64,000 bases of DNA from Dictyostelium discoideum. Taxonomy: Eukaryota. Under the pieces are notes generated by a model that saw only the letters and a list, made by a program, of their open reading frames with translations, was not told the DNA's origin and did not search any database. The DNA lies in assembly GCA_000004695.1 (NCBI GenBank), contig CM000154.2, positions 2,144,001-2,208,000 of the forward strand, read 5' to 3'. Each line of letters starts with the position of its first letter. Positions within the stretch are counted from its first letter, which is position 1. The position numbers and the translations under genes were made by a program. Of the stretch, positions 37,913 to 53,136 are shown one piece after another.

Positions 37913-38568
37913 TTAATAATAATAATAGTAGTAATAATTTTGATAATGGTATTGAAAATTTTTATTTAAATAATAATAATATATTTGATACATTTAAATT
38001 TACAAAAAGTTCTTCATCATCATCTCCAACTTCATCAACTTCTTCAACACCAAGATCAAGTAATTCACATATATCTGCCTCTACTTCACCAACATCTGTC
38101 AATACTTTAGTGTCTTTGTTTACTCCAACAATTGAACCATCTCAATCAGAATTATCTTCAATAAATACATCAAATTTTAATACTGGTGTTCCAGATTTTA
38201 CCTCAAATCCATTATCATTCCTCACAACCGACCAAATATATCAACTCCATGAACAATTCATAAACCATCAACAACAACAACAACAACAACAAAATCATCA
38301 TCATCATCATCATCAATTACATCAACAACAACAACAACCCCAACAACCTCAACAACATCAACCTCAACAACAACAACAACAACAACAACAACTACAACAA
38401 CAACAACAAACTCAACAACCTCATCAACAACAATTCCAAAATCAACAACATCATTACCAACAATCCAACTTAAAAAATGATATTCATCAATTCGATATGG
38501 ATCAAATTGAACATGAAAATAACCAAAACAATGAATACACCAACAGATTTTACTTTTATTTAAATTAA
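37399..38568 (+). CDS. Atypical E2F-like transcription factor, exon 2
   Basis: Acceptor AG at 37397-37398. SITMRDLITYFNNTKPKDNNFLNEQRNTSKIKRVYDITNVLSPLGLIRKTKC...SVEYRYQW. The R-R-I-Y-D-I-T-N-V-L recognition helix of E2F/DP is nearly exact (KRVYDITNVL). Then poly-T, poly-N, poly-S and a Q/H-rich C-terminus. 906 aa in total. Confidence 0.7.
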
Positions 38569-38727
38569 TAATAAAAAAAAAAAAAAAAATATATTAAAAA
38601 ATATATAAAAATATAAAAATATAAATAAAATAAAAAATTATATTTTTAATCCATATAATTTTAATAATATACCACTTTGGATCTAATTTGTATAAAAAAA
38701 AAAAAAATAGAATTAGAAAGGAGATAA

Positions 38728-38781
<54 letters not shown>

Positions 38782-38981
38782 GTAAATACTAAATAAAAAC
38801 AAAATATTTAAAAAAAACATCAAGATTCCAAAAACAACTTTTATTCATTTATTGGAATTATCTTTTTTTTAATTATTTTTAATTTTTTTTTTTTTTTTTA
38901 TTCACTTTTTTTTTCAGTTCCCTTTTAAATTAAATTTTTTTTTTTTTATATTCATTTTTTTTTTTTTTTTTTTTAAAAATA

Positions 38982-39713
38982 ATGAACAAAGGGAATAGCA
39001 ATAATAAGATAATTCAACAAGCTCAATATTTAACATTTCAAAAAAAATTAATAAGGATTGGTTCAGATAAATCAAAGAATGAAAATGAAATAGATATAAA
39101 GATAACATTAATAAAATTAAAGAAACCACATCAACAACAACAACCCCAAATTGAAAATAATAGTTTTTCAAAAAGTGTTAATAAAAAAGGTTATTTTGAA
39201 ATTGTTGGGTTTGAAAAAGGGGTAGATCATAAAATATTATCAAATTCAATTGATTTCAAGGGAGAGACTGATAAATTTCAATATATATCATCATGCTCAA
39301 TCATTGATGATACAATTCAAAATCAATATTTTATATATCTATTAATACAAGTTGAATCTTTAATACCAACCACACTAAAATATATTTTCGGTTATTTAGA
39401 TTCAAATTATAAATTTAATATTATACATAGATTCAATATACCATCATCATCATCATCATCAACAGCAACAACAACAACTAAACTCACATATAAAATATTA
39501 GATGGTCCAAATATTATCATTCATAATAGTAATAATAATATATTTTATGTTCAAAGTATTGATAAAGAATCATATAATTTTAATGATTATGAACCACAAC
39601 AGCAGCAACAACAACAACAACAACTAGTATATAAATGGATATCATTTGAACATCAATCAATACCAGATTCAAAACCAGTATCTTTCGCAACATTATCAAC
39701 AAATATAAATTTA

Positions 39714-39758
<45 letters not shown>

Positions 39759-42089
39759 TTATTTTTAGATGAAACTATTAATCAACAATATGAAATACCA
39801 TATGTAATAACATATTCACATGAACCAACATCAATTTTTAATAAGACAATATTAAATCAACCATCAATTAAAAGTACAAGTCCAGAATTAAAAAAGAATA
39901 TAAATAAGATTAAAAGTTTATCATTGAATATAATTTTAAATAATTTATATTCAAATAAAGAAATTAATCGTCAAGGTGAATTTCATATACTTAAATCAAT
40001 TAATGATTCAACCAATTCATATACAATTCAATTAGAGAAATCCATTTTAATATTTAGAGATAATGATAATGATAATACCGATAGTTATAAACCAATTTGG
40101 GAAATTGAATTACCAAAGAAACCTTTAAATATTTATTTCACATCATTACCATCGTTGTTAATTTTTGATAATAATTTTGATAATAATATTGATACTAAAA
40201 ATAAAACTAAAGAAGATATTGAAATATTTAAATGGTCACAAGGTTGTTTGGTTGTAAATTATCAAAAAGAGGATAAATTAGTACAAGTTTATTCAATGGC
40301 AACAAAAGAATTATTAAATGAATCAACCAATGTTTCAGAGATGTGGATACATGATTTCTTATCATATGGGTTCGATCAATTATTAATTCGTCATATGAAA
40401 GATGATAAAACAGATAAGAAAATCGTTTTATCAATGATACCTTTAAATTTTATTTCATTTAATAGACGTATAAAAATTGAAGATCCTCCTACCTCTACTT
40501 CTTTAAATACTATTGGTGGTGTTGGTGGTGTTTGTAGTGTTGATATTAAAGAAACAAAGAAACCAATTGCATTTGAAATTATAATGGAGTCATTAGAGAC
40601 AAGATCAAAATTAGCAAGTCAAGAATATAAAGATTTAGAAAAACAATTTATTTCGAAAAAAGGTTTATTAGAACATTCTTTAAAGATATTAGAATCATTT
40701 GGTACTCCAAAATCATTAAATATAAATAATATTAATGGTTCACAATTAAATAATTGGGATTATGAATTTAAATCATTAATTAATAATAATAATAAAGAAC
40801 AACAACAACAACAACAACAACAAAATAAACAAAGAGAAGAAAAAGAAACTAGTGATCAATTGGTAGTTAATATACAATCGATAGATATATCAATTAGTGG
40901 TAATACTCTATATTGTATGATAGAATTGAAGAAATCATTTAAACCATATACAATTGTATCTGTATTCTTAACTTGTAAAGATTTATCATTAATCACTAAA
41001 ACTAAATTCACACTTTCAGATAATAATCATCCATATGGTATTGATATTGATAATAAAGCAAATTCAACAACAACAACAACAACAACAACTTTATTATTAG
41101 AATCATCTTTAGATCCATTAAACATTGATTATAGTTTACCAAACTTGATCAACGTTTTCATTGAATGGGGTTTTACATTACCAAAAGAAAGATCTAAAAT
41201 CTCACCATCAAAAAATAATAATAACAATAACAATAACAATAATAATAGCAATAATAATAATAATAATATAGTTTATGATATTAGTTATGGTAATGATAAT
41301 ATAAATTCAACATTTTTATATTCATTTTATTTAAATGATTATATTGGGAAACATAATCAAAAACAGCAACAACATATATTAAAAACCTTAACAGAAAAGA
41401 AATCAAAGATAAATTTCCCTTTTGAATTGGATTTCGTAATAAGTGGTATTGATTTATCTTTATTGAAAACATCAAGAATGGTAGAGATTTTACAAGAGTT
41501 ACTTCCAAATTCAGATTTCATAATGTCAAAGAATTTCAACCCAATTGATATTAGTAGTAATGATGTTTCAATGAATGAAGATGATGACGATGATGATGAT
41601 GAATATGATGATAAATTATTAACATTCACTTCTTGTGATGATCCTTTTATTAATTTTCAATTTAATTTTGGTAAAAATAATAACAATCATCAAACAGCAA
41701 CAACAACGACAACAACGACAACAACAACAGCTCAATTACTATTACATATAAATTCAGTTTGTTTATTTACAATGATAACAAATATTAAAGTTTTCATTGA
41801 AAAATTAAAGAGTAAATCTGTTGTAAATTCAAATTTTAATATTAATTTATCAAATAGAAAGAATGAAAATAAATGGAATTATCAATTAAGAAAGGATATA
41901 TTACAACAGTTAAAGGATGAAATATACATGATCTCCTCATCGAATCTATCAAATGAACATAGTTTTAACAAAAAACTTCAAAAAGAGATTTTCTTAAAAT
42001 ATCATCAACTATATCAAAAAATTTATCAATCAAAAATTGAAACACAATCACTTCTTTATCATTTAGAATTATTAAATAAATTTAATTAA
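38982..42089 (+). CDS. Hypothetical protein, 1035 aa, intronless
   Basis: Uninterrupted 3.1-kb ORF with a poly-A leader and interspersed poly-N, poly-Q and poly-T tracts. No family recognised (MNKGNSNNKIIQQAQYLTFQKKLIRIGSDKSKNE...). Confidence 0.6.
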
Positions 42090-42156
42090 ATATTTATTTT
42101 TATTTTTATTTTTTTGATGCTGTACATATATAGGTGGTATTTTTAGTATTATTTTT

Positions 42157-42213
<57 letters not shown>

Positions 42214-42214
42214 T

Positions 42215-42370
42215 TTATTGTTTTGGTATTATATTCCTATTATCTAAATTTTCTTGTTGTTGTTGTTTTTTGTACTCCATTTCTTGTACTCTTAATTTTA
42301 AATCCTCTTCTTCAAATATTTTTGCTTTTTCTTTTATTGATCTTTGTCTTTCATCTTCTTTTAATACATC
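42215..42370 (-). CDS. NDUFA12 / NDUFAF2 family protein, exon 2 (stop 42217-42215)
   Basis: Acceptor AG at 42372-42371. DVLKEDERQRSIKEKAKIFEEEDLKLRVQEMEYKKQQQQENLDNRNIIPKQ* is a charged helical tail as in the assembly-factor paralogue NDUFAF2. 129 aa in total. Confidence 0.5.
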   Translation of the reverse strand, partial: DVLKEDERQRSIKEKAKIFEEEDLKLRVQEMEYKKQQQQENLDNRNIIPKQ

Positions 42371-42455
42371 CTATTATATTATAATTATTTTTTTTTTTGA
42401 TTAGATTACAAAATTATTATATGTTTTGAAAAAAAAATAATAAAAATAAACTTAC

Positions 42456-42689
42456 TTCATAAGTTGGTGGATCAGAAACTCTAAATGCTAACCATCTATT
42501 CCAAATTGATGGAATTGTTCTTGGATTTGGTTCACGAATGAAATAATCTACATCCCTTCTAACTTTACCTTCACTATCGATAAATTGGTAATATCTATTT
42601 AAATGTAAATCTTCACCAATAAATGTTTTATTTCTAAACCTATCCAATCCCATCTTTTTTAAATTATAAATTAATTTGTTTTTATTCAT
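42456..42689 (-). CDS. NDUFA12 / NDUFAF2 (mimitin) family complex I protein, exon 1 (ATG 42689-42687)
   Basis: MNKNKLIYNLKKMGLDRFRNKTFIGEDLHLNRYYQFIDSEGKVRRDVDYFIREPNPRTIPSIWNRWLAFRVSDPPTYE. The G.D..GN.YYE...W..WL....D.PPT pattern is diagnostic of the NDUFA12 (B17.2) fold. Donor GTAAGT (42455-42450). Confidence 0.65.
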
Positions 42690-42748
42690 TTTATTAATTA
42701 TTTATATATTATTATTATTTATAAGAAAAAGAATTAAAAAATAAAAAA

Positions 42749-42786
<38 letters not shown>

Positions 42787-42904
42787 TTTTCATTTTTTTT
42801 TTTTCCTATAAAAACTTTTTTTTTTTTTTTTTGCATTATTTTTTATTTTTTTTTTTTATTATTTTTATTTTGGAAATTTAGAAAACAAATAATTCAATGA
42901 ATGA

Positions 42905-43315
42905 ATGAATGAATCAATATTTATTAAAGAATTTATAAAAATTTTAATTAAATGTAAATTAGGAAATGAAGAAGATTGGTTTATTGAAATAATTGATAAA
43001 GTTTGGATATGGGCAGATAAATTTCAAATTAAAATCATTTCAAGAGTAAATGAAAACAAAGAATTAATAGAACCAATTAATAAGATATGGAATGATTCTC
43101 TAAAACAAATTTCATCAGAAATAAATCTTAATAAAATTTGTATATTAAATTTACAAAAAGAAATTTCATTCAAATATTTACTAGAATTTGAAAATATTAA
43201 AGAATTCATTTTATCATTATTTTTAAATAATTTACTTTTAACAGAATATCAATTATTAATTTGTTTAAATTCATTTTTTAATAATAATAGTAATTTATCT
43301 TTAAATGTTATAAAT
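42905..43315 (+). CDS. Hypothetical 461-aa protein, exon 1
   Basis: MNESIFIKEFIKILIKCKLGNEEDWFIEIIDKVWIWADKF... ending ..NVINV followed by GTAAGA at 43316. Confidence 0.5.
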
Positions 43316-43433
43316 GTAAGAAATATTTTTTATTTTTATTTTATTTTTTTTTTTTTTTTATCTCAATATGTCATTTAAAACTAACTTTTTTATTTTTTAT
43401 TTTTTTTTTTTATTTTATTTTCTCCCTAAATAG

Positions 43434-44408
<975 letters not shown>

Positions 44409-44601
44409 AAATAAAAAAATAAAAAAATGAAAATAAAAATTAAAAAAATAATTATTATTAAATTGAATTTCAGTAATAATTAATGTGTATTTAAATAAAT
44501 AAATTTTAAAAAAAAATTTTAAAAAATTAAAAATTATAATAAAAAATAATTATTTTTATTATTAAATTGAAAGTGTCTTTCTCTCTCTTCCTAACTCAAA
44601 G

Positions 44602-44647
<46 letters not shown>

Positions 44648-45005
44648 CACTCACCCAACACACAAACATTCATGCACACAAGTAATCTAAAAATAAAAAG
44701 TAACAGCTTAAAAAATTATAAAATTTAATGATTTTTACTAAAATTGGTAAAAAAACATTAATCTTTAATAACAATAAATAATTGTAGAGTTGGTTAAAAA
44801 AAAATTATTATTTTTTTCAAATAAAAAGTAAAAATTTAATTTAATTATTTGTTTTTATTTTTTTATTTTTTTTTTTTAACAGATAAATTACTTATTATTT
44901 TTAGATTTTGTAAATAACGACTAATTGAATGTTGAAATTTTAAAAAAATATATATTATTTTACTTGATTAAAATGATGGTAATCCCAGCAACCAATTAAA
45001 AATAT

Positions 45006-45043
<38 letters not shown>

Positions 45044-46171
45044 TTAAATAAATTAATAAATAATATGATTATTTTTAAAAGATATAAAAGTGTTTTTAAA
45101 TTAAGTGTACTATTGTTTAAAATAACAACTATAAAAAAAACAAAAAAAAAATTCCAACATTAATGTTACTCCCCCATCTAAACACAGTTGCGTTACATGA
45201 AAAAAATTGTTTTTTTTTTTTTTTTATTTTTATTTTTATTTTTTAAGTTTTGTAGTGGCAATATAAAATTTATTTGGGTAGTTGTATTTACTACGTTATG
45301 GGTTAGAAAATAATGTTGTTGAAATGTATTCTAAGTAAATGGTAGCTGTGTTTGATATTGAGATAGGTGAGATACTTGATAGTTTAAAAAAAAAAAAAAA
45401 AAAAAAACATATGAAATATTATACTACCATTTTTCCCACCAAAAATTTCAAACTTAAAAAATATCACTTATTTAACGAGAGAGAGAGAGAGATCACACCA
45501 ACATTTTCTATAACCACACATTATATATATATACAAAAAATAATAATAAAAATAAAAATAATAAATAATAATTTAATTTAATTTAATATAATTTCCAAAT
45601 TATTTTTGGCACTTAATATGAGAAGTATATTGAAATTTTTAATTAACTTACATTTTTTTTGTAGATTAAAAAAAAAAAAAAAATATTGTACGAGTAGTAA
45701 AAATTATATATAAAACCCCCATAAAAATATACACTCACACAACACAATGATTTTTAACACAATAATTTTAAAAGAGTTAGTGTGTACTTTTAATAATTAC
45801 CACAAAAAAAAAAAATATATATATTTTGTGTATAAATTTAGTTTGAAAGAAAAAAAAAAAAAAAAAAAACAATTAAATAACAACAACTAATAATATTATA
45901 TTATAAATAACACTCAAGCAATTTTCATTTTCAATAAAAAACACACTCACACACTCACCACCATATATCAACATTATAATTCCACCACTATAAGGATTAT
46001 TTAAAGTTTAAAAAAAAAATAAATTTATTATTTTTTTTTTTTTATTGATCATGCCTATGGAATTTTGGATGAATATGATAATTTGCACATATTTGAATTT
46101 ACATTTCCATTTTATTTTATTTAAATTTTGTGTTAGTGTGTGGGGCTTGTGTGTGAAGTGTTATTTTGTAT

Positions 46172-46204
<33 letters not shown>

Positions 46205-46211
46205 TTTTAAA

Positions 46212-46242
<31 letters not shown>

Positions 46243-46414
46243 ATTTAAATGTATATATTTAATTGTAGTGTATACATTATAAAATCAAGCATTGGCAATA
46301 TATTTTTTAATTTAAATTATTTTTATTTATTTATTTATTTATTTATTTTTAAAAAATATTATTTTTAATTATTTTTTAATTTTTTTTTTTTTTTTAATCA
46401 TTAAAAATAATAAA

Positions 46415-46514
46415 NNNNNNNNNNNNNNNNNNNNNNNNNNNNNNNNNNNNNNNNNNNNNNNNNNNNNNNNNNNNNNNNNNNNNNNNNNNNNNNNNNNNNN
46501 NNNNNNNNNNNNNN
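46415..46514. other. Assembly gap (100 N)
   Basis: Run of n. Confidence 1.
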
Positions 46515-46607
46515 AAATAATTTTACCATTAAGTAAAAATAAAAATACCCATAAAAAGTAAAATTTTAAAAATAAAAAAATAAATTTTCCCCCTTAAAAA
46601 AAATAAT

Positions 46608-46639
<32 letters not shown>

Positions 46640-46714
46640 CCAAAAAATCATATATAATCTTTTAAAAGGTTTATATTTTTTTTAAAAATAAAAAATAATT
46701 TCATTGTGGGGAAT

Positions 46715-46761
<47 letters not shown>

Positions 46762-47292
46762 AAAATAATATTAATCATTAATTTTAATTTCACATTATAA
46801 TTGTATTAAAGTGATATATTTATAATAACGAAAAAAAAATTTAATTAAAATAATTTGCCAAATAATAATTTAAAATTCTAATTTTGTTCAATTATTTTGG
46901 GTAATTTAAAAAAAAAACTAGAATTATTTATTCTATCGAAAACTAATAAAATAAAAAAAAAAAAAAAAAAAAAAATTAACTTTAATTTACTAATCTTTTA
47001 TAAAAAAAAAAAAAATCCTTTCTTATTTCCAATTAATAATAGGAAAATTAAAATCTTTGTTTAAATTCAATTTTATAATTTTAAAAGATAAAAAGTATTA
47101 AATATTAATTTTTTTTCAAGTGTTGTTTTTTTTTTTTCCCCTTTTTTGTGTGGTATCTATAATTCCTCAATTATTTTATAAATAAAAAAAATAACATTTT
47201 TACTATTGTATTTTTATAATTTTTTTATTATAATCATTTTTTTTTTTGTTAAATTTTTAATATTTATTTATTTATTTTTTATAAGATGGAAA

Positions 47293-47328
<36 letters not shown>

Positions 47329-49092
47329 AAAAAAGATAAATATATTTTCATACCCATTTTTTTTTTTTTATCTTTAAATTTTTTTTATATTTTTATTTTT
47401 ATTTTTTTATGGATTCACTTTTAAGTAATCATAACTCACCAATGAAAAATTATTTCCTTAATTAATTTGTAATAAAATAATACCAATTTTTCATTGAAGA
47501 TTTTAAAAAAAAAAATTTTAAAAAAAAAAAAATTTAAAAAAAAAAAAAAATTGTAACCTTTAAAATTATTAATTTAAAAACCCATTTTCTTTAAATGTTT
47601 ATTACTACAAATTAAAAATTTACTTGTCCTTTTAAGTTTCATCATTTTCTGTTTTTTTACTTTTTTTTTTTTTTTTTTTTATATATAAAATAAAAAATAA
47701 AAATAATTCATCTCAAAGTTATTTTTTATTTTCACAACCTGTAAAAATTCTTCATTTCATCCCTTACTGTTTTTATTGTTTTTTTATTTTTAAAACTATA
47801 TTATAATTATTTTTTCTTTCTTTTTTTTTTAATTTTTTTCCATTTATTTTTTTTTTTTAAAAAAAAAATAATTAATTCGATATAAATTATCTTCACAAGC
47901 AACATAAAATTTAAAAAATAAAAAAATCTTTATAGTAAATATATATATATTTTTTTTATAAAATATTTTTAATGACTATAAATATCAAATATATACTATT
48001 ATTCAATTGTTTCTTAATATAATTTAAAATGTCATAATAAAACACCATTTTTATAGAAAATGGAATATTTAAAATTGTGTTTTTATTTATTTTTTTTTTA
48101 TTTTGTTTTTTTTATTTTTTATTTATTATTATTATTTTTTTTTTTCTGCTTAAAACAAAATAACATCAACCCACTAAACACACATTTTCCCTCAAAAACA
48201 TCACCCCCCTCCTATCATCAAATTAACACATATCTATTTTATATTTTTTATAAAATTTTTTATCAAAGAATTTTTTCCTTTTTTTTATTTTTTTTTTTTT
48301 TTTTTTTATCTTTTTTTTTTTTTTTTTAAATATTTATTCTTTTAAATAAATTATAAAAAAAAGAGATCATTTTTAAAAAAAAAAATTAAAAAAAATCTAC
48401 AATCTCCTTTTTAAAATAATTTTATTATCATCGTCCTATTTTTTATTTTTTTTAAATTCAATTTACTATTTTTTTACACACAAATTTTAAAATCAGATTA
48501 AATAAACAATAGTTTTTTGGTTTTTAAAATATAATAAATCATTTTAAAATAGATAACAACTATTTAAATCTATTTATTTCATCAAAAGATTTTATTAAAA
48601 AATAAACAATAATAATAATAAAATAATAATAATAATAAAAAAATAAAAAAATAAAAAAAAAAAAAAAAAAAAGGATCTTTAAAATTAAAAATATCGAAGC
48701 AATTTTTAAATTTAAAATCTACAGGATAATTATAATCACCCATTTTTTAGTAAATATTACTTTTTACTAAAATATTCATTTTTTTTATTATTTTATGTTA
48801 AATAATAAAATTTTAAAATTTACTTTTTTTTTTTTTTTTTTTTAATATATTTGTTAAGCAAATAATCAATAAAATCATAATACTAACACAATATTGTTTT
48901 TTTATTTTAAAAAAAAAAAAATAATAATAAATAAATAAATAAATTCCAAAAATAACTTTTTTTTTTTTATTTATTTTATTATCTTCTTTTTTTTTTTTTT
49001 TTTCCATAAATATTTTTTTTTTTTTTTTTTTTTTGTTATCTATTATTTATTTATTTATTTTATTATTTATTTAAAAAATATTAAATAAGGTA

Positions 49093-49103
49093 ATGGAACA
49101 AAT

Positions 49104-49188
<85 letters not shown>

Positions 49189-49190
49189 CT

Positions 49191-49260
<70 letters not shown>

Positions 49261-50980
49261 AATCCAAAAATGAATAATCAACCAAATGAAACCAGATTGC
49301 CATCTCCACCATTATTAAACTCTACTGTTCCAAAAAATGAATTAAATATTAATCATCACCATCAACATAATTATAAAATCAACTCTGCACCTCTAAAAGC
49401 AAGCCAACATGCCAATGAATATGATCATAATGAAGAATCTTTAAATTCCAGTAATAACAATAATAATAATAATTTTAATAATTCTCGTCCAACATTTTCT
49501 TCCTGCTCTGGAAATTCAAATAATACAACAACAACAACCACAACAACAACAACAACCAATCCAATCAATGGTTCAGTTAATTCTAATGTCACTACAACAA
49601 GTATTAATACAATTCATCAAAAATTTATCACTCAATTAAAACAAAGATTAGGAAAAGGTATTGATTATAATAACTATATTAATAAATTAAAAAATATTAA
49701 TAATATTAACAATATTTCTAAATTAATTAATCTATCTTCTCAACCTGATGCAATTGGAAAAAATAATAATTTAATTTCAAACACTGGTCCAGTGGCTGAA
49801 ATGTATGATGATGAAGAATTTGATGAATTTGATGAAGAAGAAGATGATGATATCTCTGCTCAAAAATTAGTTGGAATTCTCTCTAGGGAAAGTAGTAGTA
49901 GTAACCTATCCAGTATTGCTCCATCACCATTATTACAACAACCAAATTGTTTGCCGTCTCCATTCATAAATGGTACTCCACTATTATCAAACCATAGTAA
50001 TAACAACAATAATAATAATAATAACCACCACCATCATCATCACCACCACCACCAAAAAAGATTATCAATTGGATCAATGGATTCAACAAATCACTTAACC
50101 CCACTGCCATTATTACATAAACATACAAACAATAATAATAATATCAATAATAATAATAATCATAATCATAATAATATATTAGGTTCACCCAACCAACTTA
50201 ATAGATCACAAGATTTTACATCTAAAAATAATAATATTAATAATAATAATAATAATAATAATAAAATAATTAATGAAGAAAATTGTAATAAAGGATCACC
50301 AAATCAAAACTCGAGTGAAAATAATAGTGAAGAAGAAAATGAATATCATGGTGGTGAAGAAGGTAATGTTTATTCAGTTTATGATTTAAATTCTCCATAT
50401 TTTAATGAAAGAAAACAAAGAGCTTTATCAAATAATAAATCACAACAACCACCACAACATGTTCCAACTCCATGTACATATAATGATTGCTGTATTTGTG
50501 CCTATGGTCCACCACCATCATTTTTTACATCTGCGCCAACATGGGCTGATATTTGCTATATTGCTTTATACTGTTTAACCTTATCAAGACCCGAAGTTAA
50601 ATATTACCATATAAAGAAAGATATTTGTACTTTTATCGACTGCCATTATGAAACTATTTGTATGAGAAAACGTACTTCAATCTGGAGACAAACTGTAAAT
50701 ATGACATTATCACATCCACAATACTTTGAAATGTTTCAACAAGAAAGTGCTCTTGAAAATGGTAGAAAAGGATACTATGGTCTAAAACAAATTCATGATC
50801 CATATGAACACACCGCTCTCAATAAAAGAAGTAGAAGAAAGAGAAGACATGAACAAAAAATGATTCAAGAAGAATTAAAAAAGAATGGTTTCACAAATTT
50901 ATTATTAAATTCACCTTCTATAGAAAATAATGATCAACACCATAATGGTTATATTCAATCATATAATAATAATAGTAATC

Positions 50981-51058
<78 letters not shown>

Positions 51059-51349
51059 GTAATAATAATAATAATAATAACATTAATAATAATAATATTA
51101 ACAATAACAATAATAATAATATTTTAACTTCACCAATTCAACATCATCCACATTCACACCAACAACAACACCACCAACAACAATTACAACACCAACAACA
51201 CCAACAACAACAATTGCTACACCAACAACATCAACAATTGCTACACCAACAACATCAGCAACAATTACAAATACAGTATCAACAACAACAAACTCATAAT
51301 AACAATTTAAATCAAACTCAACAATTATATTATAACCACCATCATCATC

Positions 51350-51386
<37 letters not shown>

Positions 51387-52179
51387 TAACAATAATAATA
51401 ATAATAATAATTCCAATCATAATTCTGTATTAACATCACCTCCATTATCACAATTTCCAAAAACTCCACTACAATTATCACAGACACCGCAACACTCACT
51501 CTCAGCACTATCATCACCATTCCTTAAAACTCTAACCATTGAAGATGAGGACGATTCATATAATGGCCAAGTTCATAAAAAATTAAGAAGTGCCAAATTA
51601 ACCTCTGTCAATTCAATAAACTCAAATAGTGGAATGTCATTACCAATGATTAGTAGTCCATCACCAAATTTAAGTCATATGCAAAAGAATAGACCAAATT
51701 TCGATGATATATTAAATAGCTCACTTTCTTCAAGTAATACTACTAATTCAGCAACAACTTCATCATCAAATTCAATTCTTTCAAACTCACTATCAAATAT
51801 ATCCAATAGTAGTGGTGGAAGTGGTGGCGTTTGTATTAGTGAAGATTATGAATCAAATATTCAAAGAAGAAAAAGCTTAAATAACATTGTTTTAAATAAA
51901 ACAAATAAAAATATCTTGCCAAAACTTGATGATGAATGTGATGACGAAGATGACTTTCATTTTACAGAAAATGAAAGAGAAGTACCAGTTTCAAATTTAA
52001 AGAGTAGTTCCTTTATTATTAATAAAAATAATATAATTAATCAACAAAACTATAATGAAAATAATAACAATAACAATAATAACAATAATAATAATTATAA
52101 TATTAATAATATTAATAATAACAATAATAACAACTTTGATGATGCTGATGATGAAAATGAGTTTGAAAATAAAGATAAT

Positions 52180-52235
<56 letters not shown>

Positions 52236-53136
52236 GAACGATAAGAATGAAAGTGAATTTGAATCAAAAGAAAAATTAAATTCACCATTTGGGTCATCCA
52301 TACCAAATATTGTAAATAATGAACAATTATCTCCATATTCTCAACAAAGTTTATCCTCTTCCTCATCTGAAAATCCATCACCACAATGGTCAACCAATGG
52401 TCCTTCTCAAACTTCTTCTTCAAAACTCTCAAACTCGACCTCAACACTAATTAATAATAATAACAATTCAATGTCTATTATGAGTATCAATAGTAGTGGA
52501 AATAGTATTAATAATACAACAACCTATAATAATAATAATAATTTTATTAATAATAATAGTAATAATAATAATAATATGGAAATTGATGATGATGATGAAG
52601 ATGGTATTGATGGAATTGAAGGTGAAGATGATTCAAAAAAGAGAATGAGAAAAACAACTCGACCTGATGAAAAGATTTATTTAGAGATTTATTATCAACA
52701 TTTTTATGAAAACAATGGAAAACATTCAAAAGATGAACTAATTACACTTTCCAATAATTTGAATTGGAAAGTAAATAGAATTCAAAGATGGCTTGATAAT
52801 CGTAGAACTAAAGATAAATTAAAAAATCTTCGTGTCTCTCAAGAGAGAACTATTTCATTTGGTGCCAGTTCAACATCATCAACTCAAACGTCAACCAATT
52901 CTCCATCAAGTCAATTATCTCCATTAGTACCAAATATGAACAATAATGATCAACAATCAATTTCAACACCTTCCCTTATTTTATCTCAAATTAATAATAA
53001 TCAAAATAATAATCAAAATAATAATAATAATAATAATACTAACAATGCTGATGTTACACTTATTAGCAATAATAATGTACCAAATACACCAATTATGGCT
53101 AACACTCAATCAAACATTAATTCATTATTAAATTAA
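49093..53136 (+). CDS. Poly-Q / homeodomain protein, 1347 aa, with a Cys/His-rich central module
   Basis: MEQIQ plus about 55 Q from (CAA)n. Central CTYNDCCICAYGPP...CYIALYCLTLSRPEVKYYHIKKDICTFIDCHYETICMRKRTSIWRQTV. C-terminal KKRMRKTTRPDEKIYLEIYYQHFYENNGKHSKDELITLSNNLNWKVNRIQRWLDNRRTKDK is an atypical homeodomain with a W-x-x-N-R-R third helix. Confidence 0.65.

Noticed and set aside
50930-53131. Seven short ORFs on both strands inside the homeobox gene
   Set aside because: Same homopolymer-frame artefacts (poly-I, poly-L, poly-V, poly-Y) of (AAT)n/(CAA)n tracts.
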